Below, piece after piece: positions 23,087 through 37,600 of a stretch of 64,000 bases of DNA (its first letter is position 1; the number at the start of each line of letters is the position of its first letter). This DNA comes from Auanema rhodensis (taxonomy: Eukaryota; Animalia; Nematoda). Location: NCBI GenBank assembly GCA_964057225.1, contig OZ059898.1:8246001-8310000 (forward strand), given 5' to 3'. Position numbers and translations under genes: made by a program. The notes under the pieces are model-generated. The model searched no databases. It was not told the DNA's origin and was given only the letters and a program-made list of their open reading frames with translations.

Positions 23087-26000
23087 ATGGTCGACGAAGA
23101 CAGCTCCGACGACATCATATTCACGGATTGGAGTCAAATCGGTGATGATGCAGCAGACAGTGATGAAGATGAGATGCTTGCATTCAAAGGGTATGTTTTC
23201 CACTTCTTAATTTTCAAAATACAATATTCCTTTTACTGGTTTAAAGTTTTTTTTCTTCTATTTTCATGAAGTATTCTGAAAAGAAAAAGTACATTTTAAC
23301 ACGGTGATTTTAAAATTGAAATCAACATGTAAAACGTTCAAGTCTTTGTTCCAACATATTCTTTTTTCTATTTCTCTCTTTCAAATTTTATGGTCTCTAT
23401 ATACTCTCGATAGAATATTCATGTGAGTCGTATTCATTTTTCTCTCCTAGCTCGCTAGCTTTCGCATCTTTTAGTAAGAGTCTTTTACCTATTTGTTCAG
23501 CTTATTTTTCTTTTCTTTCAGCCATTTCCTTGCCTAGTAGTAAATTTTACAAACTCGATGATGTACTGGCTTAGACATTGCAGATTTATTTTTTCATTCA
23601 ATTTGGTCTTTTTTCATGATCCTATCAGCTTAACAATCATAACCATATTAGTTGTAATGAATTGATAAATGACTTAACACGGAACAACAATTTCTTTCAT
23701 CTTTTTCAATTACTTTTGATATATATTAAGCATTTATTCAGATGTTGTTGCGTTAATTTATATTTCCTTCTGTACAATATCAAATTTGAAATTCTGAATA
23801 ATTGCTTCAAGTGTTTTATAACAAAATTTTACTTAATTCATGATTGCCATTCTTCTTTGCTTTTCAACCTCTTCAGCATTCTCATTGTTGTTGCTGTTGT
23901 TGTTCTGATGTTGTTGTCATCTGAAAGTCTGACGTCAAACTACTTAAACATAGCACTCGATGCTCAAAGTCTACTTGACCTGATGTCGCTTATGCCTGAT
24001 GTCATACAGAAGAGATAGTTAGATCCAGCTTCTAATGCTAATCGCATTCATCATCTCACATCTAATACTTGGAAGATTATAAGCCAATTATTTTATTTCC
24101 CAATTTGCTAATACCATTTATCACAACCTGTATTTCTTTGATTAAATTTAAAATTTTCTTCTATCAAAGAAGTTCTTATATACATATTAAAACGTGTAAC
24201 ACTGTATTTCTTGTTACTTCTTCATGTTGTAAAGACCTATATATGCATATATCATGCTCTTCTTATAGTTCATGAATATCTATTCCTAGCACCGTCAATT
24301 AGCTGGTGAGGTGAGACGGAAAATTCTGTCTCCGGTCGTAGCATTGGCTAGCCGGATGAGGCGGTGACGTTACCGACAGCTAATTACAGACTAAGATGTT
24401 CTGAAATAGAGTGTACTAGTATCCATATTAAGGTACACGAGGTTGTTGATCATATCCGTCTCCTATTCCATTTCTCATTCTTTCAAAATAGTTGCGTTTG
24501 ACCCTTTCATCCAATCCAATCTACTCATTATCTATGCAAATACTTTTTCATCTATAATTCTTATAAGCTTTAGTAAGAAAAGCTTGTTGACAATTTCCTT
24601 GTTTAGGCCTATTTCGCAATTAATTTTATAAGTTTAGCTATGAGAAAGAACAGCATGCCAAGTTTTATACGTATAAGCGCGCCAACGACCACCCATTATA
24701 ACCACGTGCAACATAAACTTATAGTTGTGCGTTTAGCTAATTATTCTTCCAAATTCTTTTGAAGCTTGCACATCCTGCAGAATAGAAAGATGAATTTCCG
24801 CTTGGAGAAATTTCTCATCTCCCGACAATGAAATCAGAAGCCATGTGAGCGTCAATTCAATTTAACGTACATGATCACTCAAAATGTGGAAAGGAAATAG
24901 AGTGTAATTCACGTGCATCCCCTATATGAAATATTTTTTTATAGTTTTGAAGTAGTTATATCATATATTATAATATAATTAATATTTTAATAAAGCTATA
25001 CCTTTTTATCTTTATTAGGTTAGAGGAAAACATATTATGAGCAAATTGTAGAATTTGCATCTTGACACCTTGTATTGACGCTAATTCACTGATTTGTTGT
25101 GATGTGTGTGAATCTGTTTTTGTGTTTGCTGAGAGATTCTAATGATTTGCAAACAAGTAGGAGAATAAACTCTTCTAATCTATTATTCTCTTATCTTTAC
25201 ATGTTCTATGAAATGTTTTCCGTATATCAAATATCTTCATATATACATATGTATATAGAGATAGAAGAAGTCATCACGTAGGTACTATAGGAATTGAATG
25301 ATAATGATTAGAATGATAAAAATTCTAACAGAAGACGATGAATAAATAAGGAAGGAATGATATTTAACATCATTATCTCTTTATTATTTATCTATCCGTT
25401 TCTTCTATTCTCTAACTACGATGACGACGTGAGCGACGTCTTCATACATATGAAACTATTACATTCATCTTGTTCTTCATCTTCTCTTATCCATCTACCT
25501 TCTTTTCATAGAACATCTTTATTATTTTATTGTTTCATCATCTACTTTAATAACAGTATTTTGCGAAAAGTATATTTATCATCTTGATGTCATTTATCGT
25601 TGAGATGATCCAATGATGAAATCACAATGACGGAGTATCCTCAGTCCGTATGATACGCCTCAGGGTCATATTTGCTCGTCGTCTGGTTATTTTCTTATAT
25701 TGACTGAAATATCTTCATTATTAAATAAAATGGTATTCGCTCTTACCGCTAACACAACGTCCATCCTCATTGCCTCCAATTCTCACCTTATGTCTCATCC
25801 TATGGTGCAGATGCATGCACACATATACGCCTCACAGATTCTGGTATGTAGCCTTAGGGGCAATTAATAGTTGTTGATTATCCTTTGTTTCAAATTGCGT
25901 TTTCATGTTTTCATCCTTTGATGAAGTTGAAAATTTGTCTCTTCAACGTATATATCATCAATCCCAGTATCATAGGCACGTTCTAGGCCCTCCTCTATAA

Positions 26001-29000
26001 CCCCTCTTTCCACTATATTTTCGATTTCATTTTTCTCTCCCCCTCTCTCTTTCTCTTATTCTTTTCCTCTTCCTTTTTAGGTTTCTCTCTAATTTCAAAG
26101 AGCTGGTTATTGCATCTTCATTTCTTTGTCTCCAAGCCTTATTCACCATTTCCGTTCGACACGTTTTTCACCTGTTCAGTCTTAAAACGGAAAATGTGAG
26201 CTACTTTTCACTTATTATCTTCATAAGTTTGCAACAAAAATGTTTTCTTTGTTGGTTTTTCTCAGCTCCTTTCTATCACATTGAGCTTTGCCTTCTCTCT
26301 TTTCCTTAAAATGCAATCTTATAATTCATTTTCCATGGACGGCTAGTCCATACCGAAATTCCCTTGTCTGATTTCCTCTCCTTCGTTTGTGCTTATTTGA
26401 ACGAAGACATTCGTATTCCCATACCTGACAGTCCATTTCCGGCTCCTAGTATCTCTCGCACTCTCTTTCCCTCTTTGATTACCTTGTTGTCTTGTATTCT
26501 CTACCTAGCCCCTATTCCAGAAAACTGTTGAACATTTGAATTCAATAGCCACGTGTATGTTTGCGTGTCATTTCCGTTGAGACTGTTACCTTTTCCCTTA
26601 TATTTCGCTTTTTTCTATTTCTCCCTCTCTCAATATTATGTGTTCTGTTTTTACCTCTCGTTCTTTACAAGTTCTTTTATGAATATTCTTCCGTAGTCCT
26701 TCTTTCTTCGTTCTATTCAGTTTTCCCTCTTATTCTGTAAATTTGGTCGCTTCTATCAAAGAGCATGAGACAGTACACATAATGGAGAGAGACAGATAAT
26801 AAAAGAGTATAAGATACAATACTTATATAAGTATATGAGAGAAATGAAGAGAAAACGAGCTGTGACCGTTTGGTTATTCCGAGAGCTCTGCCACCGCAAA
26901 TCTTACAGCAAATCAACAGTCATTAGTCTGTAATAGTGTGAAAGGTAGCGTCAGCTGTTTTGCTTTTGAGTTGTTTTACCTACTAACCCGGCACCTCACT
27001 TCGATTTTTCTTCTCTTTCTCATCTTGAAATCTCTTCCTCTCTCCTGTTTTGCCTTTTCATTTTTACTACATCTTGAACAGAATATGAGAGATAAAGCTA
27101 TTGGAATGTTAGACTAATTTTATCAAATTGTGGTTTGATCACTTTTTTCTTAAAAGATTTTACTTTAACTATGCAGAATAATGCTTGTTAAAAATAATAA
27201 AATATGAACAAATTGCTATTTCCTCCTCATCATCATGAACCTTCTATTCTCTCTATATTTCTCTTGTATTTTTTAGGCATCTTTAACATCTTCTCGGCTT
27301 CTTTTCCTTTAATTTCTTGTTACTGTTCTCGGCTAGCCAATCAGCTTTTTGTGTATACTTTCTATTTGCACTGCTCCTGGCGATCTGTCTGTCTGATATA
27401 TTCATCTTTTTTCTTTTCGTATCAAAATATCCCCCAATTGCTTCAAGTCATTTCCTCTCAACCATCATACTCTATGGTGTGATCTGACAGATTATATTCT
27501 AAAGCTAAATGAAAAATTAGAAATGTGCCACCATGAGCGTCTACTCGACAAGTTGAATCCTTTCGCATGTGCTCTGAATACAAAGCACATCTTTCTTCAA
27601 CCCTCTTTCTCTCTATGTATAATCATTTTCTTGGCTTTCTATAATATTTTTATAATTCTCAGTTATGTATTTCTAATATTTTTATTATTTTTATATTCGA
27701 AGAGTGCAATACCTTATCCTTAAACTCGTATTTTAAAGGACGTTGATATTCCTATGTCTTATACGCATCATGAAGTTTATTAGCCAAATTAACATCAATA
27801 AAATTTTATTTTTTCTTTCTTCGACGTATAATCCAAGTATTTTTCTTTCCGTTTTCAACACTTTATATTCATATGCATATTATCTTACTGAGTTTCAACT
27901 CATCATTGCTCTTTGATCATTAACATGTTTTCTTCCTGTATTGCTGTTAGTTTTTCTCATCTTTTCCGATTTTTTTCTTCTTGATTCTTTGCACAAAATT
28001 CTTTACAAGCTTAAGACTATTAAGCTGCTTCCCCTCGTTGTTGTCTGTATTTCTGCTCGGCCTTGTTTCATTTCTGCGGAGCATTGGTGACCACCAAATT
28101 TCCTCATTACGTATGCCTTTGCTTTGTGTTTAGTGTTCAATCAATCATCTATATCATCAGCTTTTCTTTCATTTTCACTATATGATACGATTTTGGACTT
28201 GTTCTGTTTCTTTTTCCTTTTCTTCAAATTCCTATAAACATTATTTCACGGAAATACATATATTTATGTATATTCATTAATTTGTTCATTCATATTAGAC
28301 TTCGAAACTGATTTAGAATCTAAAGACAAGTTCCCTTTGTTTACCTCATCTCAGCTTCTTTATCAAGCTTACCTGTCTTGAAAAAAAAAAAAGAAATTGT
28401 TGGTTTTGTTCTTTATACATATAGGCATGTATGTAGATTCAAACAATTCATTTTCTTACAAACATAAGAAGGAAGAAGCACATGGATTCTCATGACATGT
28501 GACCATATTTAGCTCTCATGAATCAAAAAGCTTAAATCTTAGCGATAAGACTGCGAAAAGTTTTGCTTAGTTGAATAGATTTAACAGAGATAGTATCTCC
28601 TAGTTTCACTTCATATCTCTTTTTGTGTTAAAAAATGTTTTCATTCCTTATTGCTTTCACTAATTCTATAATATATAAATATATATGTCTCTATATATCA
28701 TTTCGTCTTCTATCTGAATCTGTCAAGAATCTGATTGATGACATTTTCGGCTAACGGCTAGACATGAAATTGTGAATCGCGCTTCAATGTCTGTATGCCA
28801 TGCTTTAACCAATCTAGACTCATTTCCATGACCTCGCCATGCTTTGGACCATTAATTACCCCCAGGGCATACAAATGCTTCGCCATTCTCTCCTCATCTC
28901 TAACATCATCTATCTCATTTCTTCTCTAGTCTGTTTTATGAAATGACAAGGCTTTATTTTTCATGAAAAGCAGCCAAAATTCATAGTTTTCCGGAAAAAA

Positions 29001-30568
29001 GCTTTTCATGACAAGTTCAAGGACAAACCGAAATTAGATTTTCGAATATTTAGCTTACTCCTTCCTTCCTCAAAGTGCGATGCCGGATTTGTAACTGCAT
29101 GCGTTCGATCAGATGATTTCAGCCAGTTCTGAATACTGTCATTTTACTATTCTGAACGTGTGTCATGTTCACGTACCATTTGAATGATAGACGTGTATCT
29201 GGATAGTCGTTTTCAGTCCACACCCACGTAAGGGCGGTTGCATCATGATCAGTTTAGCAAAAAAAATTTACAAATAAACATCTTTCATCGACTTTATTGT
29301 GGTACTGCGAATTAATTTGAAGATATTTGTCCTCCCATATTCTTTTCAAGCTACTATTCATATACATACGTATTTAGATTACCACAGAAGGATATATGTA
29401 ACATGAATTATTATATAAAAACAAATTTGTTTTTGAATGAAAATAACCAAAATTTTTGATTTATAATGAAACAAAATGTAAATCGAATGACTCATTCAAG
29501 TTAGCCAGCCTCATTTTTCCTCCTCTTCCTCCTTCCTACTTCTTTTCTTCTTCTAAGAAAGAAAAGTGACAAAAAGAACTGAAAAAGTAATATATTTGAT
29601 TGATATTATGAGTCATTTTCACTATTTAAAGTAGTTCAAAGTTCAAAAATGAAAATAAAAATACTGATACATGCCAAACTAATTTTACGTTTTTTATTTT
29701 CTTAGAATAGAAAAACAGATGTTCTGACATACTTTTTTTTAAATTATAAACAAGGCATATGTGTTGTATTTTAAAATATTTAATATAATATACATAGATA
29801 CATATGTTATATATAATATAATATTATAATTATTTTTATTATAAATTAAAAAAAAAGAAACTATTGAATGTTAATAGAAAAATAGTTAAATGGGATATTA
29901 GGGTGTGACAACTTGATGTACAGTATGTGAATGTTTCTAGAATCTATATATCTTATTCGTTTTGTCGATTAAATACTAAACCGTCTTTTAGAAAAAACTG
30001 CTTTCACTTTATGTGTTTTCTTCCGATTTGAGGAAGAGTATATTCATTTTCGTGAAATTTCTCTCTAATTCGTTTCTTTTAGAATATTGCATTCAAACAA
30101 TAAATTAATGTTAAAAGTAAAAGAAGATGAGTTTAGAGGGAGAATATGTTTAAGTTCAATAGATCAATTATAGAGAAAAGATAAAATGTTTGGCAGCTTG
30201 TGTCACTCATTTCACTTATGTCATCTCTTGATTAGAATGTTTCTCAATTGATGTTGCAACTTGAAGTGATAAGCTCTTGAATATGTTGAGGATCGACCTC
30301 TTACTTTTGTCTTTTTCACTTGTCCGATGCTAACTTAATAGAGATAACAGAGAAAGAAGAGATTATAAAAGAGCGGATAGATAGATAGTAAAACCATAAA
30401 TGGCCATCTAATTCATTAATGCAAGTGTACATACTCAGCATTGTTGTAAGCAGATGAACAACTGAATGAATAAGTGACGATGCACACACACAAGGCTTCG
30501 GAAAGCATGATGATGGCTGGTTCAGTAATATTCTTTCACTCTCTCTATCGTTTATTATACCCCTCCGA

Positions 30569-30628
<60 letters not shown>

Positions 30629-33600
30629 CTCTCTTTCTCTTTCTTTCTTGACCACTCGCGCATCATCTCTTTCTGTTATACAGCTTTGCTATATGACCAT
30701 ATCCATACATGGTATGACCAAATATTGAGGAATAGAGGATGAATGAAAGATTTCAAGTTAAAGTTGGACCCAGAACACGCAACGCCGTCCGAATCCGATT
30801 GCATCATCTACAGAATGCCGCCTGGTCATGCTTGTGGCCTGCTGACGGACAAAAGAGATCACATCCAGATGACGGACGTTTAGCTGTCTTATCTCTCTTA
30901 GCTCAATGCTGCCAGACGTGTGTTCTGTTAGAGACAGCATGGTAGAAATGCCAACGTCATCTGGCTCTCAGTTCAATTCCAACGTCCATCTACTTCATTT
31001 ACTCAAATCTGATCTTTTGGCAAGATTTCATCCTTCCAACCTCGTTCAGTTTTCTAGTACTTAGCTTGTTCTCAGGATAGTATTTCTTTTCGAACTTTTC
31101 ATTTTCTTTTGATGTTTTCATGAAATTGAATATGAGTTTCGCTTGCTTTATTACTTTGCTTGACTCTTCATTCTACCTCTTAGAAATCCAGATGCCGCGC
31201 GGGGCGATTTGAGGAACACTCTCAGGCTCTTTTCTCTTTGCTTCTTGTGTGGGAAAATTATCTTTTGCAGCAATTCTCTCTCTATATGTACAGATCTTCC
31301 TGTTCTCTCTCCTTTTTCTGGCAACTATCGCTTATCCTCTTCTTCTCTAGTCTTCTCCATTTTCTTTAGTATTTCTAAACGATACAGATGTTTGTTTTAC
31401 CTTGCGCTAGAATCTCGAAGGAAGCTCAACGCTTCGTCCGAATCAGCTTGCAAACGTTTCACACAATCTGGACATCCATTTCTTCATTCTTCATCATCTC
31501 AGCGAATACCTCTCGCATCTTGCGTACTTCATCTGTTTGATCTAGGTACAAGCGATTCATTCGGCTCTGAGCTGGAGGCGAAGACAGTGTGTTATCTCTC
31601 ATGTGCTATTCCCTGCTTTCTCTTCTTTATCTTCTTTCCATGCAAAAGAGCCCGGAGGCAATCTATCTATTGCTTTTCTCATCTTAACCTTGTAGACAGA
31701 CCATCCGGATTTCGATAGATGTCTCTTCTTCTTCTTATTTTCTACTCCCCTCATACGCCTGTCCATTCATCGTCGTCGTTTTTGCTTTTCCTTCTCCGGT
31801 CTCCACCCTTTCATCTGCATATATCAGCTACGAATTCCTCCACGCCTATTCCATTTCCATCCAACGCATTTCGGTTGTTTCTCTTACACTTTCAGTTCTT
31901 TTTCAAGCTTAATTAAAGTATTTCCATTCTTAAAAAGGCGACGACGAACATTTTCTCCAGTATTCGTGTAATGACAACATCAAAAAAACTAAAAACCTTT
32001 TCCAACCTTAACAAATTACTAATTGCTTCTTCTGATTCTCTATCTCTTTGCTTGCATCCATTTGCCCTTTTCATGTTTGTCGTCCTCTAAATTCTTTTTT
32101 CCTTTTAAATTCATTCTATTTCCACTTTGGATTTTTTGTTTCTGACTTTCTACACCATTTCCTCACAAACATACATATGCTTATGCAAATATCTTTATAA
32201 CCTTCAGCCATTTTCTTTTCAATTTTTATGAGAAAGAAGGAGAAAGCCATGATTGTTTTCTCATAGGTCTTGTTTCTCTTTAAAGCCGTTTTTTCGGTTC
32301 AAAACTGAATCTATCAAACCTTTAAATCTTCAACTTCAACAAACTCATTTCAATCATATTCCGCCTTCAACTCTCTAATTCATACTCTCTATTTTCTTCC
32401 TCGGGGAAGACCGCTCTCTGTTATAACTGTGGGATCGTGAGATTTTGCTGGATCATTGTGTGTTGATCCAGCCAAACATATTTTCGTTTTACTCGACTTT
32501 CGGTCAGTTTCGATTTTCATTTCATATTCATACGTCCACATATGGACTTATATCCGGCATTCTATGTGTGTATGTGTGCCAGCTGGCAAACTGCCATTTC
32601 GGTTTCATCAAGCCTGGACAAGCTTGTCTGTAAGCTTTACTATCGCTTTCTTCTTTTGAAGCTTTATGAAATAGAATGCTCAATCGAATAACCGCTGGTT
32701 CTTTTATTCAATCATTAACTATCTTTTCTCCTCATCAACACTACCTCTTCTTGATTTGGTAACCTTCTTCACACGGTCTCTTGATTCCTAATTCTCATCA
32801 TGTAATCATCTTCAGCTAATGTCTATGACATACAGATGTTCACTTAGTGGTCAACTGGATAATGCGCGATTTCCAGCATTGTTTCAGCGTATGAACTATG
32901 CATGTGCTCTCAGATACCGAAATGTTTTCTCTCCATATATCCATCTTTGTATATCTCTCCTTCTCTCTCTCTCCTCTATGTACCTACTGTTTTTCATTGT
33001 TTCTCCCACATCATCTAGAATACTTTTTCCTTCTCTGTCTGCACGCTCTAAATTAAAACTGCTGTTACATCCGACTGTGCCTTACTCTCTCGACTGTCCT
33101 CAGTCTCTATGCATAGCGACCCCTGATGTCCAACAGGCTTCACAACAGAAACAGCAGCCAAGTGACCACCATTGCTTTGGTCCTATGTTTATTCCCTGTT
33201 GCCAAATCTTTTTCTTTTCCCTCTCCCTATTCCCGCTGTCTCGTTTCCAATCCACTTTTCCTCCGTTTTTCTTTTACAACGAAACTTTCTCTCTGTATGT
33301 GTTGGAGTCTAAAGTTCTACACGCATACGGCTACACGTCTGTGCCCTCTGGCGCTTAGAGTTCATCTTTTCTTTTCGTATCACATCGTATACATAATAGC
33401 AATATGATGCTGATTATACCGACTTTGAACAATAATCAGAACTTTCTATGTTTGATCTATCTATCCATTATTCAAATTCTAAACCATATTGCTATTCAGT
33501 TGTTTGATGTATCTCTTTAGCCTCACATAAACATAACTACTACCAATTAGAATAAACATGATGATTTACGTGAAAACAAGACCAACAAAATTTGCTTTTA

Positions 33601-34648
33601 ATTCATTTTGTATTCAACTTCTCCAAATCCTGTTGTATTTTTCCATATCTCAGACTGTTTTTTTATTATAATTTATCTATCTATTCTCAATTTTAGTTGT
33701 TGTTCTTTATTTGTACTTTTTGCTACGTTGAAGCCCTTTTTCTGTTTATTACCCTAATACATTATTCATTCTTTCTCGTCTTTCTAGACATTCAGCCGAC
33801 CTCTTCTATTCTATGCTGCATCATTCTCTTACCGCTTCACTCAGTGCGAACACCTGTTACAGCGGAAGCTTTATACACCTTTTATTCCCCTAAACAGTCT
33901 GAATCAATCGTTTTGTTGTGAAAGCTTGTTTCTCTCTTCTGCTCATAGTTTTTATTATGCTATTGCAATCGAATGTGTGGCTCTCTGTGAAGGTGTCTGA
34001 ATGGCAAGCTCATAGAGATGATGAAGGTCTGTGCACACCGTGTGTAGAGCATTGCAATCGCCAAACAGATCGGCATTGGAGATTTATGATTTAGCTGTCT
34101 GTCTATTCGCATCTTCTCCTCTTGGCTTCATCTTCACTACATTGCAGCAGCACCTCATTCAACTCTTACTAAGCTATCTGAATTTCCACATCCGTCATCT
34201 CTTACATCTTTATATTCTCCGTTCTTCTTCTTCTTCATCATCTTCTTAAAATCTTTTTTATACGTTTGGAAAGAATTGCAGTCCAGCTGGATATGCTCTT
34301 CATCAACATTCCTGCATCGTATTGCCGTACTTCGTATGTTTCTGTCCACGATCACTCAGCATAATTCCAACGTTTGCATCACCCTTACCCTCATCTTCGT
34401 CATCATGGTTGTCATCTTCTAATTCTGCTGATCTTTAACGTTCCATCTTGATCATCTTCTTCATTTTCTTCTGATTCAATCAATTTATGTTTTTTATCTT
34501 CAGACAACACACAAAAAACAAAAAACTATCCAAAACATAACTAATGCTATCTATATCTTGATATATAAATATATCTACTTCTCTGCAAATTATATGAATA
34601 TGATACACATATATAACGTAATTATATGATTATCTTATTATATTATAT

Positions 34649-34682
<34 letters not shown>

Positions 34683-37600
34683 AATATAGTATATTCAAAC
34701 TGTACCTATTGCATATTCACTTTTACCTCGTATTTCAATTTGATTTGTCATCATGAAATCGGTCGCGTACGTACATACCAATACATTGCTCATCATGATC
34801 TCATCACTTTACCATTTTCATACCAAAATCATAACTATACTTCTGAATTTTATTCTATTTTATTCAATTTTTGAACTTTTTAGGATTTTATTCCTTTTTG
34901 ATTATATGGAAAGTAATTTATTTTCATTATGAAATATAATTAATTAATTTTCATTTTATTTCTATATATTTATAAATCTATTTGTTATTTTTTCATTCTT
35001 TTAGTAATTTTAATATTTGTAAAATTATATTTTTTAAAGTTTTTTCTATTAATCGTTTTCTTATTTCAGAATCGCTCTTCTAGCTAGCCTTCTACCTGAA
35101 GGCTCGGAATTCCAACTTCCCGAAGGTACAAGCGAGCTCGAAGAACAAATTCTACGCGAACAGATAGCTGCTATTCAGCTTAGCTCTGCATCATCTAGCC
35201 AAAGTCTTGTCTCTGTGGCTAGCACATTAGCTGTTGCTACTGCTGATTCGGAAGCCTGTACAACAGCCTCCAACGCCACTAATCTTCCATCTATTATCAC
35301 AGCACGCGAAAAAATTCTGCAGCTTGAAGGAATCGTCGAGGAGGAACATCTTGATGAGGTACGCTTATGAACTATTTTTGCTATTTTGTTTTCTTTGCAT
35401 TATATATATATCACATGATGTCAAGTCACATTCTTATATTTACCCTTATATTTTTCCGAATTTTGCAGTCAAGATACCAAAAGTTTTGAAAGCAATCATC
35501 AGATACGTATTTTACCCCAACATTCTGGCTTTTTCTCAATTTTTTTTGCCGGTGTTCCTCCTACTGCACCTCATTTATTTTCTTGATTTACCTTCGTCAT
35601 ATATCTCTTTTGCACATTTGCTTATCTCATTTTTCTCTTTTCTATTCTATAGTAGAGTTCTCAACATCAATTTACTGATTTTTCTCTCGTTTTCATTTTT
35701 TTTTCACAATATAAAGAAAAAAGAATGTCCTTTCTCCCATTTTAACTACAGATTTTCTCATCGTTGATTGTTCTCCTTTTCACTATTTTGCTTTGAAATT
35801 CTTGGCGAATCATTAATGTAACTTCTACTACACTGTATTCAACAGTTATTGCATAACAATATTTTTATGGCCAACATGAAGAATATTCCATTTCTGGTGA
35901 AGAAAAAACAAAAATGTACAGTCTGTCATGCTCTTTCCTTGCTTCTATCTCATCTTAGTTTGTCCTCTCTTTAGTTACCTCTCTTCCTTTTATTCTATGT
36001 CGAGCTTAGTATCCTCTCATCAGTTTGGGTTCAATGGGCTGAGATTCATTCGTTTGGCAAAAAGCCATATGGTTTCGTTGTCGTTCGTCGTCATTCTCCT
36101 CTTTCTTCACCATCTATCTATCCTTCGACTCTATTCGATTGCGGTCATGAATTGTATGAAAACAGCCTCATTTACATAAAATTCTTTTGTTCAAGACTAT
36201 GGTTTGAACGTATTCAAGAAAGATTTTTCTCATACTTAGAGCTATCTAGATTGATTATCTTACAAAGAAAAGTAGTTTTTCTGTATTCTAAATAGACTTT
36301 TCGTTTCGAAAAACTTCATACGTTCAACATAATTATTTCATAAAATCTATTTTAAGACAATCACTTACTATATTGGGAATATATTTTGTCTTCTTATCTT
36401 CTCAATATTTCACATGGTAATGTATAGAGAGATTCATAAATGATATTACGAGTTTGAGATGAAGAGACATCTAGAAGGGTGAGAGAGAACTGTTACGAGA
36501 GATAGGGAAAAGAGCTAGGGAGCAAATTTAAAGATGGGTTCTGATTACCCTTAGGGGCATAAATGACCAGCTTCTCAGTCGTTCGAATGACAATGTGCCT
36601 GATCTTATCGTTCATGCCCTTATCGCGCTTGACTGCTTGCTCCCTTTTCCATTCTCCTGCTCTCCTGAAACAGCATCCTACTCCCTCTCACTGTTTCACT
36701 CTCTCTCTCTGCCATTCTCTCTCACATTTCTTCTCTATCTTTAACTGATTTCACTATTGGTCATCATTCCGTGCTTTCTTCTTGTTCCACATCTTCAAGT
36801 CATGTCATCTACCCACTCCTCCCTCTTTTCATTGTCTCGTTTAGTCTTGTCTGGTTGTCTTCAGAATCATATTGATTCTTTAACGAATAACATTCTCATA
36901 TTAGGTTTTGAAAGGAAATTCGCATGTAATAAACTCATCATGCTTATTCTCTCCAATTCACCTTTGCTATTCTATCTTTCTACTCACCTAGTATTCAATC
37001 TGTCAATGCGATTATGCTATATTCTCTTCAGTTTAATACTTGTTGCCGATTCTATTTCCAGTCGTCCACTGTAGTGCATTCAGGGGTGAAAAGCACTTTC
37101 AAAAAAAGAAAAGAAAAGAAAACTCCTGAAGCTGTGATGACGATTACATTGAGATGTATGAAATTTTCGTTGTCAACAGTCATCAGCTGATTTGTAGTGC
37201 TGAATCTCTACTCCAGTCACTTCTGTGCGTGCTCCATATTACTGACGTAAAGATTCATTACGATTGCCTGGCGTTCGTGCTGTCCATCTTGTCAGCGTAC
37301 AACGACCATATTCAAAGGATTTAACGCGTGAAGCAAGTCTAGCCATTCACTGCTACCTCCAGATGTTTCATTAGTCTTGTCTTCTGGCAATTGATGATGC
37401 AATCCAGGAGCTGGCAACCGTAACATCAGCCATAGCAGCAGTAGAAATACTAGAATGAAAAGACAATATGTAATTCTAGGTAGTCTTGTCTTCTTTCATG
37501 CTCTTATTAGCTCGCTCATTCAGCCAGTTTTCTGATGTGAAAAAGCCACATACGTTAAAGCTGATACACTGGCCATTTTAACTATACAAGAATTTTATCG

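Noticed and set aside
24303-24323. Hammerhead-like CTGGTGA...GAAA, and isolated CTGATGA at 38459, 43443 and 55060
   Set aside because: Core nucleotides and stem II/III geometry do not fit a hammerhead ribozyme.
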